In this document: piece by piece, positions 25,159 to 39,100 of the stretch
Layout: every line of letters starts with the position of its first letter
How positions within the stretch are numbered: the first letter of the stretch is position 1
Assembly (NCBI GenBank): GCA_003427395.1
Contig: BFEA01000004.1
Coordinates: 806,316-870,315 of the forward strand
Direction of reading: 5' to 3'
Length of the DNA stretch: 64,000 bases
DNA from: Chara braunii
Lineage: Eukaryota; Plantae; Charophyceae
Made by a program: the position numbers and the translations under genes
Notes under the pieces: model-generated
What the model was told of the DNA's origin: nothing
What the model saw: the letters and a program-made list of their open reading frames with translations, nothing else
Databases searched by the model: none

Positions 25159-26091
25159 GTCAACTATCAACATTCAGAATTGCTTTTGTTCGATTCTTCT
25201 ATTTGGAACATTGAATCTGAAATTCAATGCAATTTCTTTACTCATCTTTTGAAGACTGAATTCAATAAATTTGATTCTTTCTAAGAACATAAATAAATAC
25301 ATAATAAACCATTTTCATTCTGCTTTAAAAAATATAGTCATATACTGGATTTGTATTTTCTTTAAAGTGAATTTGGTGGATATATGCACTACAATTTAGA
25401 TTCCATGAAGAGTAAAACGACTCTTTCAGAGAATAAACCTCTTTAAATGCCGGGTCAGGGAACCCCCACCATGCAATTACCTTAGTTATCAGCAATCCAG
25501 GGTTGTGAATTCAGTTAGGTTCCACAGTGTTTGACTTAGGGGCAGTTGGACCGAACAGGGGCTAACCGAAGGGGCATGCTTTGGGGCACTCGTGTCACCA
25601 GAGCAGTAACCTTGGTTCTGCTATATACATCTTTGGATACTCTGTTGTCTCTTAAAGCAGAGCAAATATCCAGGACCACAGGAGCGTATTGCTTCCATGT
25701 CATAGCAGAACCTGGCTATTTGCTCCTGGATTCAAGGCACGGGGGAACACACACGCACACAGACCAAGCCTTAGGGGTTGTGGGTGTGGTCAGTGCTTCT
25801 TTGGGGAGGGGGGGAAGGGGCGAGCTTTGGGGTTGTGGTGCAACTAATTGTCTATGTTCTGTGTAATTGTCGTTCGTTTGGTATTGCCCTATGCCCTCCA
25901 TCATTTTATGTATTATAATATGTATTTGTACAAGTGCGCCGCTTCCGCGGCAGACGGGCGTGCGTGTCTGCACTTAACCACACAAACGTGGCCAACCTTG
26001 CACCTTCTGCTACATTGCCTATCTACACCTTTTCTGTTTTATGGATGGTCTGTGATGATTTGTTTATGGAATGAAAGTTTGGGGGTCCTTG

Positions 26092-26135
<44 letters not shown>

Positions 26136-26654
26136 GCTCAGCCCTTGTTACAGTGGGAAATCCAATCGATGGAAAGCCAGATGTACAAGGAGAGAGAGAG
26201 AGAGAGCACAAGGCAAGACAACAGTTGCATCTGTATGACATATGATAAGCACTGGATAGGGACCACAAAAGACGGTCATGACTGACTTTTGACGAACATG
26301 CATAAGCTCCTTTAAGATAAGGGAAGTGAACAGTGTTGACAGCATGAGAATTTCTCATACTCGCCTAAGATTGCGGATCTCTCGTGCTATACGAGGACGA
26401 CTCCGCAGAGAACACGCAGGTTCCCAACAAACCCTCTCCGAGTGAGATATTATTAAAGAGAGAAACGCTTCTTCTTGGTACTTAGGAGGGAATCCACAGA
26501 CTTGTGCTTTCCCAATCTCTGCGGAGGCGGATGCGACAGCGGGGGGCATGGAGTGCTAACAGAACAAAAAAAACCTCGAGTAAAACTTTGTTCCTCGTTT
26601 CTTTTCGTTTTCTCGCCTGGAAGCAACAACCACCTCGGGACGTGATCTTGGGTC

Positions 26655-26796
26655 TCGCCGCACGGCACACGAAACGAAAACGAAACGAGAGGTGGCAAAA
26701 TACACTCGTTACTATTTATAGCAAACCCATGAACCTGGCCATTTTCTGCAGGAAGATGCGCTCGTTTCGTTTTTCGTTTCGTGTCCCGTGCGGCGA
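26655..26796. mobile_element. Small intronic foldback/MITE with ~35-bp inverted arms
   Basis: TCGCCGCACGGCACACGAAACGAAAACGAAACGAG (26655-26689) versus CTCGTTTCGTTTTTCGTTTCGTGTCCCGTGCGGCGA (26761-26796). Confidence 0.7.
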
Positions 26797-27482
26797 CGCC
26801 CCTTATCCTTCTCTCGTTTCTTCCTCATCGAGCGGCCTTGTACTGACTGGGGGCATACTCACACTAGGCATCGTCAAACTCATTTCGGGACGTAATTGCG
26901 GCCAGATGCACGCAGGAGTAGTCGCAAATTCGGTCAGAGACACCCAGTAAAGTCCTCGTGTGTGTATACTCCAATACCTATGTGCGCCTATTAACGCTAT
27001 GCTTTCCCCCCCTCCTCCAGTCCGGCACTTGCCAGGGCCTGAACGGCACAAGTATGATGACAGTTGCCTTTTCCGCTGTCTTTTAACGGTTTCTGTCGCG
27101 TTTTCAGAAGGCGCAGGTGCGAAGAGTATGTCCTTGCATTTTCCTTGTATTTCCTTATATTTCCTCGTATTTCCTTATTTGTCCTCGCTATTTCCTTATA
27201 TTTCCTCGTATTTCCTTATTTGTCCTCACTATTGTCAAGTTCCTTTTCAAACCCACAATCGGATTGCAATCCGCTGGGGGCACGGAACCATCGGCACAGA
27301 TTAAGAGGGATATCGGTCGTAGATAGCGAAGATCAACGGCCTTTATCTCTTGATCCACGCAAGCGGGACCCTGCCCCTGGTGCCCGGGGAGTAGAGAGGA
27401 ATTCGACATCGAGGATTTTCCTTTTCATTTATAGTAAATTTGAAAAAAAGAAAAGGCACATTTGCAATAAACAATTTGAGAA

Positions 27483-27590
27483 GTCCTCGGGGACACCCGT
27501 TAAAATTGGAACTACACAGAGAAGGTTAGCATGGCCCCCGTGCAAGGATGACACGCGTGAATCGAGAAATGGTCCAAATTAAAAAAAAAA
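27483..27590 (+). pseudogene. U6: Full-length U6 snRNA-derived copy with A-rich tail (retrocopy)
   Basis: GTCCTCGGGGACACCCGTTAAAATTGGAACTACACAGAGAAGGTTAGCATGGCCCCCGTGCAAGGATGACACGCGTGAATCGAGAAATGGTCCAAATT followed by A10; no T-run terminator. Confidence 0.92.
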
Positions 27591-27939
27591 GAAGGAAAAA
27601 AAAAGTCGCACTTTCGGTTTCACAATCCATGCATGCAGTAGCAGCAGAGCTGGATGGATATCTTTCAATTATGCCAGAGTGAAGTCCTATTTTAGGAAAA
27701 CGACAAATTGTAATAATTTCACACAAAGCACTTAAACAAAAAGAAACAAAGCTGGATCGTTTTACTTCTGAGGGGGGGGAAAGAAAACAATGTCATGCAA
27801 TAACGGTGTATCTAAATTATGCCAAAATGCGATCTTGCTTTAGAACTGTTACACCGAAAAATTATAATCAATTTGATTGATACACACCACCACCACAAGA
27901 AAAAAAAAAAGAAAAAAAAAAAGCACCTTTCTCGCTTAC

Positions 27940-28431
27940 CTTAGCCGGTCCACTATAGGCGTGCGGCTGAGCAAACAGAGCGTCTGCAGAAGTGGGGACG
28001 GCATTCATCCGCGTGCTGGAGACAGATGGAGGAGGGGAAGAAGGAGAAGAGGCAAACGAGCCATCGCCGACATCCTCGTCTCCCGCTCTCCCTATTGGAG
28101 TTGAGCTTGCCGATCCCACAATTTTTGTACATGGAGAAAAGGGTGTCAATCGTTTCGACGATCTGCTGCGAATCCCAAGATTATCCCCGTCTCTCTCCCC
28201 TCGATGCAGCCAGCTACTCGACGCCATACTGCTCCCCATAACGTCCCTTCGAATCCCAACTTCATGGCCATGTCCGTTCGGAGAGACTAATGGGCATGCC
28301 GCGACCTCGGATCCCAACCTCGCTCTAGTGTGACTGTCGCGTGAGGCCAAGGGATCAAATCCCAAGCCCGATGAATGCGCTCCGAGCAACCGGCAGCCAA
28401 CCAGCCGAGCCGCCGACATAGCCGACGTCAT
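27940..28431 (-). CDS. Probable first exon of the host gene (Ser/Arg-rich, transit-peptide-like)
   Basis: ATG at 28431; 164 codons to a GCTAAG|gtaagc donor (phase 0). Additional exons between 25005 and 27940 cannot be excluded. Confidence 0.55.
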
Positions 28432-31400
28432 GGCTATTCACCTCCACAGCCAAAGACCTAACGCCGCCTGTCCTTTTTCTTCTCCACTATTCCCTCCCTC
28501 TCTGGCTATTCCCTCCCTCTCTGTGTCTCTGACAGGGTGATTGTACTTAGTACCAGAGCCGATCCGCACAGCTCGCCCACCGCTTTCGATGTCGTCGTGC
28601 GCACGCTCCCGCCACCTCACGATATGCCCTGCCGCAGGCACACGAAGAGAAAGAAATAAGACGAGGGGAGAAGAGAAGCAGAAATGAATACCACGTATCA
28701 GAGTAAAAGATAGACTTCTTACTATTTTCTATAGGCAGACAATTTACTGTTGAATATTGCAAAATGATATAGAAATTGTAAAACAGGGAAACTCAACAGA
28801 ATAGCCATGATGTAGAGAACATCTCGGAAGAAACGCGACGGGGGGAAATTGTAAAACAGGGAAACTCAACAGAGTAGCCATGAGGTAAACGAGGACGAGA
28901 GGGTAGGTAGGGGAGGAGCGGGAAAGAGGAAGATACGCGACGGGGGAAACACAGGCAAGAGGCAAATGAGATGGGAAAAAAAAAACAAAAAAAAACAGAA
29001 GGATAGGCGGATAATGGAAACCGCCGGACACGCAAAAGCGAGACGCCATGAAGGCCAAATGAAAAAAAGGAGGGACAGGAGAAAGCGGGAAAGTAAGGGA
29101 GGGGAGAAACAGCAAAAGAGAAATACAGCCGGATGAAACCGGTGATGATCACTCATAAGCGTCATCAACAAATGCAAGAGGAATTTCTGAATGCGCTCGA
29201 TGGCTTCAATTTTTTGGAACCTTCGAAGAACTCGTGCATATTGCCGTTATACAACGTAACACATTAAATCAAACAGAAAAACAAACAAGCACATTCCCTA
29301 TTGCTCGCCACCTACCCTTTCATAACAAGGTATACCATGAGCCTCGCTCCACTGCAGTAACTCTCAACATGCACAAAAGACAAAAAGCATGGCGGTGTAT
29401 TTTCCCATGTTCTAGCGGAAGATTCACTCTTTTTTTGCACATTTCGAGAGCAGTGGAGCGAGACCCTATATTGGAGTTACCAACTTTGACACACATTCCA
29501 TATTTTCCTGGTCGTGTTCGACCACCCCGCATGACATGTGCCTGCTTTCACCAACATAGATAGGGTTGACGACAAACAAACAGCAATCGTGCATTGCAAA
29601 CGTACACGAAAGCAAATCGCAGCTCCCACCAACATAAACCCCAATGTTTTCCTTTCTTCTTTTTGAATGAAGAAAAAAGGACACCGACTGATGTGGGATC
29701 GGCCAAAATTGGGGGGGGCAGGAAGAAAAGCCCACTCTATGACTTCGAGAACACCAAGCATTCGTTTAGATGGGACATAAATAAACGGAAGCAGAACGAG
29801 AAGCGCGCTGCCTGTGCTTTCCAGATTGTCATATCTGGATTAAAGCTGAGCGACGAGCGGCCATAAAAATCTTTGAAAAACGGCACCTTCGATGACAGCC
29901 GTCGTGATGGTTACACCGGCCAGGGAAAACCGGACTCAACACTTCGCTTCGGTGCAAAACAGTACCGTGAACGATCGAAGACGAAAGGAAATAAAAGAAA
30001 CCCCATGAAACTAGTCGAACAACAGGAATAAACGAAGTCAACAAAAAAAAGGCGGTTCAAACATGAAGGCAACAAAAACAGATGTAATCATATAACGAAA
30101 AAAGCGGGGAGGGGGGGGGGGGAGGCGACGAGACGCAAGCGATAGCAATTTTTCTTCCAGCACCTCTTCTGGTTTGATGACCATTAATTGTAACAATGGC
30201 CAAAACTAGGGGAAGGAGAGAGGGACGGGGGGGAACGCGGAGAACGGGGGAAACCGGGGAGCCGGGGAGAACGGGGGAAAACTGCAAAGAAACGATCATC
30301 ACGCAGACGATAGCGTGGACGATGTCACGCAAATCCCGTTATACACTACAGGATAAGGAGACCTATCCTTAAGAGTTGACGACACGCAAAACAAACAAGC
30401 CAAAAGTATATATTCCTATTACACTCCTGCTTAAATCCGACTTGCTGGCCACGCGGCACACTCACTACCGTCTTCACACAACTAGATCGTACGGTCGTTG
30501 CAGCTGTATTGGAGGCAGCTTTGAGCCTAGATACAGTGATAATGACCGTGCGTTCTATTCGGGTGAAGACGGGAGCTCGAGGTCGAATGGCTCGTCGACC
30601 CAGCCTTCGCCCATACCTCGAGAGCGATCGGCATGGACAGAAACGACAAAGGTTGGGCAAGAGCCTCGTGTGTAGAGCAGCCTGGCCTTCGCCGAAGGTG
30701 ATGGGCAGGACCGAGCAACAGTAAGGCGGACAGACGATCAGGAATAGAGGCACCGAAGGAGGCCCTGCGGAAGGATAAGTCGTCCAAAGTCGTCCACACT
30801 ACTTTCGGCAGAGAGCGCCAAGAATACAGCAACGCGTCAGTCCCGTACTCGGCAACGGCCGACGTAAGAAGCGCAGAGAGGAACGATCTCAGGCTGAAAG
30901 AGCAGAACAGTCTCAAGCAATAAGAGAAGAACGAAAAGAAAAACGAACAGTGTCCAGCGATGGCCAACAAAAAGACCACCGGTGCTACCTAACTAACGTC
31001 ATAACCAGCGATGGAGGCAAACGAGCGAGGACAGGAGAGAAAACTTTTCCTTCCAGGGAAGGAGGCACGGGTGGCCTGGACAGACAGACAGTGGACGTAC
31101 CTTGCCCACTGCGTTCATGCATATAAGAGCTCGACCCTCTCATGCATATAAGAGTTCGACCCTCCCTGCTTCACAATTACTTACCCTCGGTTACATACGT
31201 TAACAGGTCGAGCCTCGCTGCTTCCAAACTGCTGACCCTTTGATACATACATACGAAGTCGCGGCTCTGGAGTAATTAGTTAGACCTTTTATCTTTTTGT
31301 CATATCTTTTCTTTTTTCGCTTTTTTTTTTCCTTTTGACAAAAGAAACGAAAAAGCGGTCAAACTTCGTGAAAAGCATACAGCGGAATAAACAGCAGAAA

Positions 31401-32570
31401 CAAGATCTTCAGCACACGCGCATGACAAAACAAAACAAATCACGACATTCAGCTAACACCTCCTGCCGGCGCTCGAGACGTGTGCAAGGAGAGAACACAC
31501 CTCCCTCACCAACCTCGTTCCTCGGCTGCAAAACTCTTCCTTGAAACCCACGGTCCTCGAACACACCAGCCTTATCACCGACCGACCTAGGGCAGTGAAG
31601 CGTGTAAGAGAAGAGGATATGTCGACACGATGGACCCGACCTACATCGAGTGATTGACTTAGGCATATAACCGATCTAGCAATCACGATCCTCACCTGCG
31701 AAGTACTGCTGAAAGTTTTCCCATTCACATTCATCTCGTAATAGTCATCCTCGTCTGCTCCACCGATTGATCAAGTACCGCTCAACAGTGCCCAGCCTCC
31801 TGTCGCCTGATATGTCCCCTCCGCCTCAGCACAGGTACCAGTCTGGAACCATAAACAAGAGACTACGCACGATACCCTCGATGGTCGTCTTTTACCAGCA
31901 GACGTGCATAATAGAGAAAAAGAGCGCGGAAACGCGAAAAGAGCACAGAGATGGAATGCACATTACGCTCCGCGAGCGCGCTTTTACCGGCGCAGCTTTC
32001 GTACATCGATCTCTTTCTTCTGTAGCAGGCCGCGGGCTTTTTGGTGTTGACGAAAAGGAATTCCTCCTCCCGCCTTTCCGCGGTCGGGCATTTTGGTGTG
32101 GTGATTGTTTCAAGCAAGCCACGTATGAAGGAGTCGAAAAAAGCAAAAAGATTCTGTAACGATGGGCCGCGCCAAACTGCTCGCGAAAGGCAAAAATTGG
32201 TGAATGCACTGGTGAATGCACCTTCCCACAAAGGGTCGCATTATGCATCCGCTGCTATGAATAGTATAGCAGATGCATTGTGCCACCCCCTGTGGGAAGA
32301 TGCACTCGCCATTTCCCGTGAGAAGATTTCTCGTTTGGGTACTGGTGTGGCGAGAGTGCCTGTCTCACGCGCAAAAAGCCGAAAAAAATCTACCGATTCC
32401 GCCGAGCCATCTACTTTTTTCCTTTTCCATACTTTTCTGTCACTTTTCGCCTCCCTCAGCATCTTGCATCCTCTTGCTTGCTACCGTGGCGGGCAGCAGT
32501 GGGATGGACAGCAGCTGGGACACGTCCTGGGGAACATTTTGTTCCCCTCATCAGTCAGATATTTTGATCG

Positions 32571-32660
32571 CCAGTTGTCGGAATAACATGGACCTCGTTC
32601 CACTACAGCGCCTTCCCCCCAGTTGTCGGGATAACATGGGCCTCGTTCCACTACAGCGCC
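32571..32660. repeat. 48-bp tandem duplication
   Basis: CCAGTTGTCGG(A/G)ATAACATGG(A/G)CCTCGTTCCACTACAGCGCC x2. Confidence 0.85.
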
Positions 32661-33835
32661 CTCTCGGGGAATTTCCAACGATGCGCCTCCGCCATCAGAG
32701 TGACAGAAAAAGGAGACGAAGTGTCCTGGTACAGGGAAGACTAGGAGTTGGCGGGCTCTGCTGAAAAGATCGGCCGGGAAGACGGTCGCGAAAACGCGCG
32801 GAGGAAAAATTTTTGCGCTCCCTTACGGTGCCGGTAGTGCGCTCGGAGCCTAGCGCCGCCGCCTGGACTCACTCTCCGTGACCGGCCGGCCGTCGAGTGG
32901 TCCCCTCGCCACCACGGCGAGAGTTACCACGGTGAAAGCGGCAAGCCGTGGTTTCGGCCATGGCAGTGTGACTGCGTCCAGGACGAAGCATTTTTCCTCC
33001 GCCTGAATCCAGACACCAGTAGTAGACAACTGAAGGTGCTCCCCCATGCTCCCGAGGTTCGGGACATGGACAACCGAATTACGACGCTGAAGAAAGGTGC
33101 TACGGCAGAGCGGCGAAGACAACTCATCAGGCTCGTACGGGCCAAGAGGGTAATCGATACCAAATCCATGTCAAGCGCCTATCGGACCACACTCTCAGTG
33201 CTTTGAGTGAATGTTTCCTTCTGGTTTGACTGGGAAAGCGGGAAATGGCTGTAGGAACAGGGAGCGATATGCGCCAGACGCACGTAGCTGTAGAAGTGGT
33301 AGATGTTGGGTTCTCCATCCGCTCGGGTTAGCACCCACGGCGTTAGACCTAGGTAGAAGTTTACGTGACTAAAACTCCCAGATCACCCCCCCCCTTCCCT
33401 CTCCCTCTCTCTTCTTTGTTTAGAGTGAGCGTTTCCCTCCCACTAGACAGGACAAGCACGATACTGCGGAAGGAATAGGAAGGACTCCACGTCCGACATA
33501 GGTAACAGTAGTGGTGCAGAGGATTGGTTCTTCGTCCGCTCGTCACAACTACGACCATAGCTCCGCTACCTTCAATAGCACGCTGATCTAAGCCCCGCCC
33601 CCACCCTCCTTCCCAACCCCACTGTTCTGGCCCATTCTGCCACCGTAGTCACGCCCCCCCCCGCTGTTCGTCGTGGCGAGGGAAAGTGTGATAAAAGCGG
33701 TAGTATATTTCCTTGTGTACTACCTACCCCACCCCTCTTCCCAGGGAGCCTACTATCCATAGCCAATAGTACAGATGGCGGCCCCAGAAGGGGCGGAATT
33801 GGTAATGGCGGGCAGAGAGGAAGAACCTCCTCAGA

Positions 33836-36123
33836 GTGAACAGGATAAACTCTTCGAATAGAGTCCATATCTTATGCTCATTATGTTACGATGAAGGGCA
33901 AAGCCCCGAGGACATTCCATTCGAGGACGTCTCCATAGAAGGGAATGAGGCTGTAGTCACAGTGGACGAGCGATTTGACGAGATCAAAATTAAATGGTTG
34001 AAAGAACGAACCGTTGTCATCATTTTCCGCGATGAGGCCAGGAATCTTCCACGAAGGGTAAAAGAAGACATAATCCGTTCGTATGAGAACGGATGGCGGA
34101 AGGAGGGAATTTTCGACCCTCCAGCAGGAAAAGGAAGAATTAAGTTTGAAGGCCCTAATGTACTATCCTATATTGCAAAGGACTGTGAAGTAGCAGAATG
34201 GATGGTGAATGAGGGAGAAGGAGAAGTGAAGTTGAAAGGGAGAAGATATGTTTTCGAAATAAAAGCTTGGATGCCCAGAGCAGAGTGGAAAGAATTTAGG
34301 AGAACGGAATTGGAAAACACATTTTGGGTAGTAGCGGTACAGGTGCCTTTGGATGCTTATTTCTACCTACGCTCATCCCTGTCTCGAGTCATCGTCCAGT
34401 ATTGAAGATAGATGATCCTGATCGCTTCAACTCCAACCCCAGACTCTTGAATATTAGATGCGAAATCGACCCCACATATCGAGATCGTTTCAAGGACAGA
34501 GTCTGGGTAATTACCAAGGAGGGAGACATGGTGGAAGTAAAGCTTGCCTCTGCGTCCACCCCGTACTGCACACGCTGTAAATGGTATTTTCACTCGGATG
34601 ATGATTGCACTCGCTCAAAGAGTAACCAAAACCGTCGTCGTAGCAACTTAAGAGGAAACAGACCCTCACATTCGGATGATGACGAGGACGAGAAATCGTC
34701 CTCAGTATCCAGCTCCAACGCACAATCAAAACGAGAGGTTCGGAAGGGCATTCGCCGAGGTATCCCCAAGTACAAAGGACCACTCTCGAGTCACGACCCT
34801 CAGAGATCTGAACACTCCAGGAGCCCCTCACCTGGCAAGTTCCCCCCCCTTCCTCCGCCTACCAAACCACCCCCAAATGGACCCTCCGGAAGTGAGGGCT
34901 TTCCAATGGATAGATTGAACCCAATGGATAGAATGAACCCGATGTTCTCACCAGATCCCAGGAATGGGAATGGGGCCTATGACCACCACGACACTGTGGG
35001 GAGGGAATGGCAACCCCATGCCCAGGGAGTGTTCATTCCCCCGATGCACAATATGGCACCTGCAATGGCGTACTATTTAGGACCATCAACATCGGGAGCT
35101 CAGGAGCCTCTCCCACCGGGCACAGACCGTCCAGCCCCTATCGTACCTTTCCGCCCCGCCCCAATCCACGCCAGAAAATCGAAGGGGAGTGAAAGTGGCC
35201 TGGCCACAGTCCCTTGCCCCTCTCCAGGAGTAGCCACCTCCGCAGTAGACTCACAGGGCCGCAGCACACGTGGCCAATCCCCGCTAAAAGCCCCCAGGAC
35301 AATGAGAACAGAACCTTCCCCAGCTCAAGTACTCCTGCTAGAGGCAGCACCGGATGTCGGCCTACCAACTAGAGAGGCATCCAGATCATTGACAACAAGC
35401 AAATCGGACTCTGCTAGATCGGTCAGATCTGTTAGATCTCAAACCGAACTACCCCAAACTGGGATCAAAACGTCAAGAAGCAGGAGAGCAATCACGGCCT
35501 CCAAGATTCAAGCCCTTGCGATGGAAAAGTACCTGATGTCGTTGGTCTGTTCGCTGATCAACGGTACAGTCCATGTCATCGCCTGGCAACCTGACAATTC
35601 GAAGGTGCACCTCCTATTGCAAAAAACAGAGGAACCGGTTACTCCCCAGACCATCCTAGATGCAGCCAAACTGATTTTTGGTGACCGATTCCCTCTGAGA
35701 CTTGTCCCAGACATGGCCCTCCCACGATTCTACCAGGAGATGTCGAACTGTACCTGCAAGGTCTTTGTCCCATTGCTGGATGCGTTCATATCTCCGGACA
35801 AAATAGATGGCCTCCTTATGGAGGACATGAGACTGATCCCACTGTCGATCTTCGTGGAAGAAGACTTGGACTCCCTGCAACAGATATGGGTGCAGAACGT
35901 GTCAGACACCAAATTCCTAAGCAAACTCAATAGCAAGCTCCCACGGAACAAATCTCTGCAGTCAATTTACCTAAAGAACTTGCTGGCCCATAAATGGGCT
36001 ACCACTGCTTCCTCTAAGTCCTCATCCAGATCAGGTTCGCGTCCCCACCCCAATGTCGGGTCTCGCCCACAACACTCCATTCCGATCCAATCAAAGGCCG
36101 CGGACGCCAGGTTGAATGGATAG
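33836..36123 (+). pseudogene. LINE ORF1 (frameshift near 34400) with CCHC zinc knuckle
   Basis: DUF4283-like N-terminal part (FWVVAVQVPLD), CTRCKWYFHSDDDC, a long disordered region and a globular C-terminal domain. Overlaps the ORF2 ATG by 8 nt. Confidence 0.85.
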
Positions 36124-39100
36124 ACTAAACATAGCCACCTGGAATATCAGGGGGTTATGTGACACGACCAGAAGGGGTAAAAGATCGAGGCTGAAGGCGT
36201 GGCTTCACCGTCAGAAAGTTCAGATAGCATGCATACAAGAGACCAAACTGAACGAAAAAAAGATTACCGAACTTGGTAACTGGTGGGATGGCCCCCAGCT
36301 CTGGTCCCCAACAATGGGGATCAGAGGTGGAGTAGGAATATTGCTGCACAGAGACCTCCCTGCCCAAATCCTGGACTCCGCAACAGATCTGTGGGGCAGG
36401 TGGGCCTGGGTAAAGCTCTCAGCTTTCGGATGCGACTGGGCCATTATGACTGTGTATGCCCCGGTGGACAGAGCAGAGCGTAATAAGTTTTTCCAAGATC
36501 TGGTATCGTACGCCCCTGATGTGGACAACCTGCTGATCGCTGGCGATTGGAACTGCTCCCTTTATGACCTGACAGGCTCGTCAGGTGGCACACCGGACAT
36601 CCATTCCTTGCTGGAATTCTCGTCAACCTGGAACTGTGTGATGCTTTTAGACTAGTCCACCCCACAGACCCAGGTTTTACCTGGGGTTCGGTTGCCAGCA
36701 ACGGTAACAATTCAGGTTGCCTTAGAAGGCTAGTCTATGCACTACTCAATCCATCATGGTGGGATGCTCTCGTGAATATCGAAGTAATTAGAAATCCAAC
36801 CTCAGATCACTACCCTGTCAAACTTACCTTTCAAATGCTGGACACATCAGACCGTGGAAATGGATTCTTCAGACTCAACGTGCAAAATCTCAAGGACCCA
36901 GGCCGAGAAGAGAAGTTTTTCGGCAACTGGCCAAAGGCCCAACACCACTTCCGATCCCTGGGAGATTGGTGGGACGCAGGTACATGCATAGCAGCTAACA
37001 TTCTCAATGTATTCTCTCGGATTATGGCTGCTGAGCGAAACAAGGATGAAGCAGATATCTTGAGGGACTTGCAGTGGGTTGAAGAACGCATGCAAGCGCA
37101 CCCCATCTTAGCGAAGGTTTGGGCACCCGAAAGGATTAAATTGCTAAATAAATGGGACGCTGCACAGCAGGAAAAATAAGACGAATGGGCTGAAAGGTTG
37201 ACAGTGAAAGGTATATCTATGTATGATCGGATGACTAAGGAAGCATTCCTGAAACTTCTCCCTAACAGATCCGCACAGTCCATGAAGGTGCTCAACCACC
37301 CATTCGTGCCCACAGCAAGAGTGGCCACCTCCTCTGAGGCTCTATGTGATTATGCAGCTACTTATTTCAAGGATATCCTAACCTCTCGCAGACTCAGGGA
37401 ACCCCCGGACTCAAACCTTGCCGTCGACTCAGATCACTGGAACAATGTGTCAGTCAGACTCAAGAACAGCGACAAATTGGCCCTAGACTGACCCGTCACA
37501 ACGGAAGAGGTGGAAGAGACTGTAAACTGCATGGCCAAAGGTAAATCCCCAGGCAGGGACGGTTTGCCTGTGGAGTTCTACACGCAGTTCGGTAAGTTGT
37601 TGTTCCCCCACCTGGTTACCATTTTCAATGAGGTTCTTACCGGTGGAAAGTTGTCGAGTTTCATGACACATGGCATTATCACACTCATGTACAAAAAGGG
37701 AGACAAAGCGGAAATCCGCAACTGGAGACCCATGTCACTGTTGAACGTATCATATAAGATCTTAGCTAAACTCTTAGCAAATAGACTTGGTAGATGTCTA
37801 CCCCAGCTGGTTGAGCGAGACCAAGCTGCATTTGTTCAGGGCAGGTTTATTTTCGATAATATCGTCACTACCATTGAGGCATTGGAGTGGATAGACCAGG
37901 AGAATCTAGACATGGCAGTGATGCTATTAGATCTAGAGAAAGCTTATGACAGAGTTAATTGGGCCTACGTTCTTACTACCTTAAAGCACCTGCAGTTTGG
38001 GTCAAACTTATGTCGCTGGGTGACTGTTTTATACGTCTTCTCCTCTGCATCAGTCGCAGTGAATGGGCACATCTCAGCCCCGTTCACACTTTCCAGATCA
38101 CTCAGACAGGGATGCCCGCTGGCACCCCTCCTCTTCGTGATCCAACTAGAAGTGTTAGTCACAAATATCAGGATGCACCCTAACATCCAAGGACTGTCAA
38201 CGCAGCACCTCGACTGTCAGGTCAAAGCACTCGCAGATGATCTGATGGTGATATCTGAGAACACAGTGGACTCCCTGCAGGCTGTTAAGTCATGTTTGGT
38301 TGAATACTTCACTCTGTCCGAAGCCGCAGTGAATTGGTCCAAGTCGGTTTTTTTCTCACCGGAAGGTTTCACTCTCGCAGTTGAATAGGGAATGAAAAGA
38401 ATTGCAGGCGGATAATCCGAGAGATACTTGGGGGTGCAGGTCACCCTCGGGCACTATGCGGAGGCCCAAAACAACCTACTTCAGCAAAAGATAGTGCACC
38501 GGATAAATCTCTGGGGCCCAGCCCAGCACCTGTCCCTCTTTGGTCGAGCCTTAGTGGTAAATGTAGCACTGTTCGCCCTTCTCTGGTACGTGGGTACTAT
38601 CAGAGCTTTGGGCAAACAATTAGTGAAGGTCGTCCGCAGAGTGACAGCGAAGTTTTTGTGGAAATCATTTGCGGGCGAAAGTGCAGGTTTCATCTCCAAA
38701 GTTGCATGGGACTTGATCTGTTGCCGCACGACTGAAGGGGGGCTGGGTCTTCTGGACCCGGCCAAGCAGAACCCTGCGCTGTTAATCAAATGGATCATTA
38801 AAGCCATAGCCTGCGAGGAGGAAGACCACTGGATTCTCCTTGCGGAACAGACACTAGCGCAGGACTGGAACCTCTCGAGAACTAAGGACGTATGGACATG
38901 CATGATGATGGACTCGTACTTGCGCAGACACACTTCATCGCCGTTCTGGCTGGACGTGCTGAAGGCTTGGCGCACAGTGGGCCCACGCCAGAGGACCCCC
39001 CCGTCTACAAGGGAGGAAGTACTATTGCAACCAGTCTTTGACAATCCACTCATCCGAGACCAGGAAGGACACTCATTTTCAGCAGGTTGTGAAGCTTCCG

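Noticed and set aside
27400-27483. USE/TATA promoter making the 27483 U6 copy a functional gene
   Set aside because: TTCGACATCG and TTTATA are weak matches with non-canonical spacing. The copy has substitutions and an A tail rather than a T terminator.
29140-33320. Possible second minus-strand multi-exon gene
   Set aside because: Donor-like sites (~29480, ~31100, ~31695) are present, but I could not assemble a credible protein.
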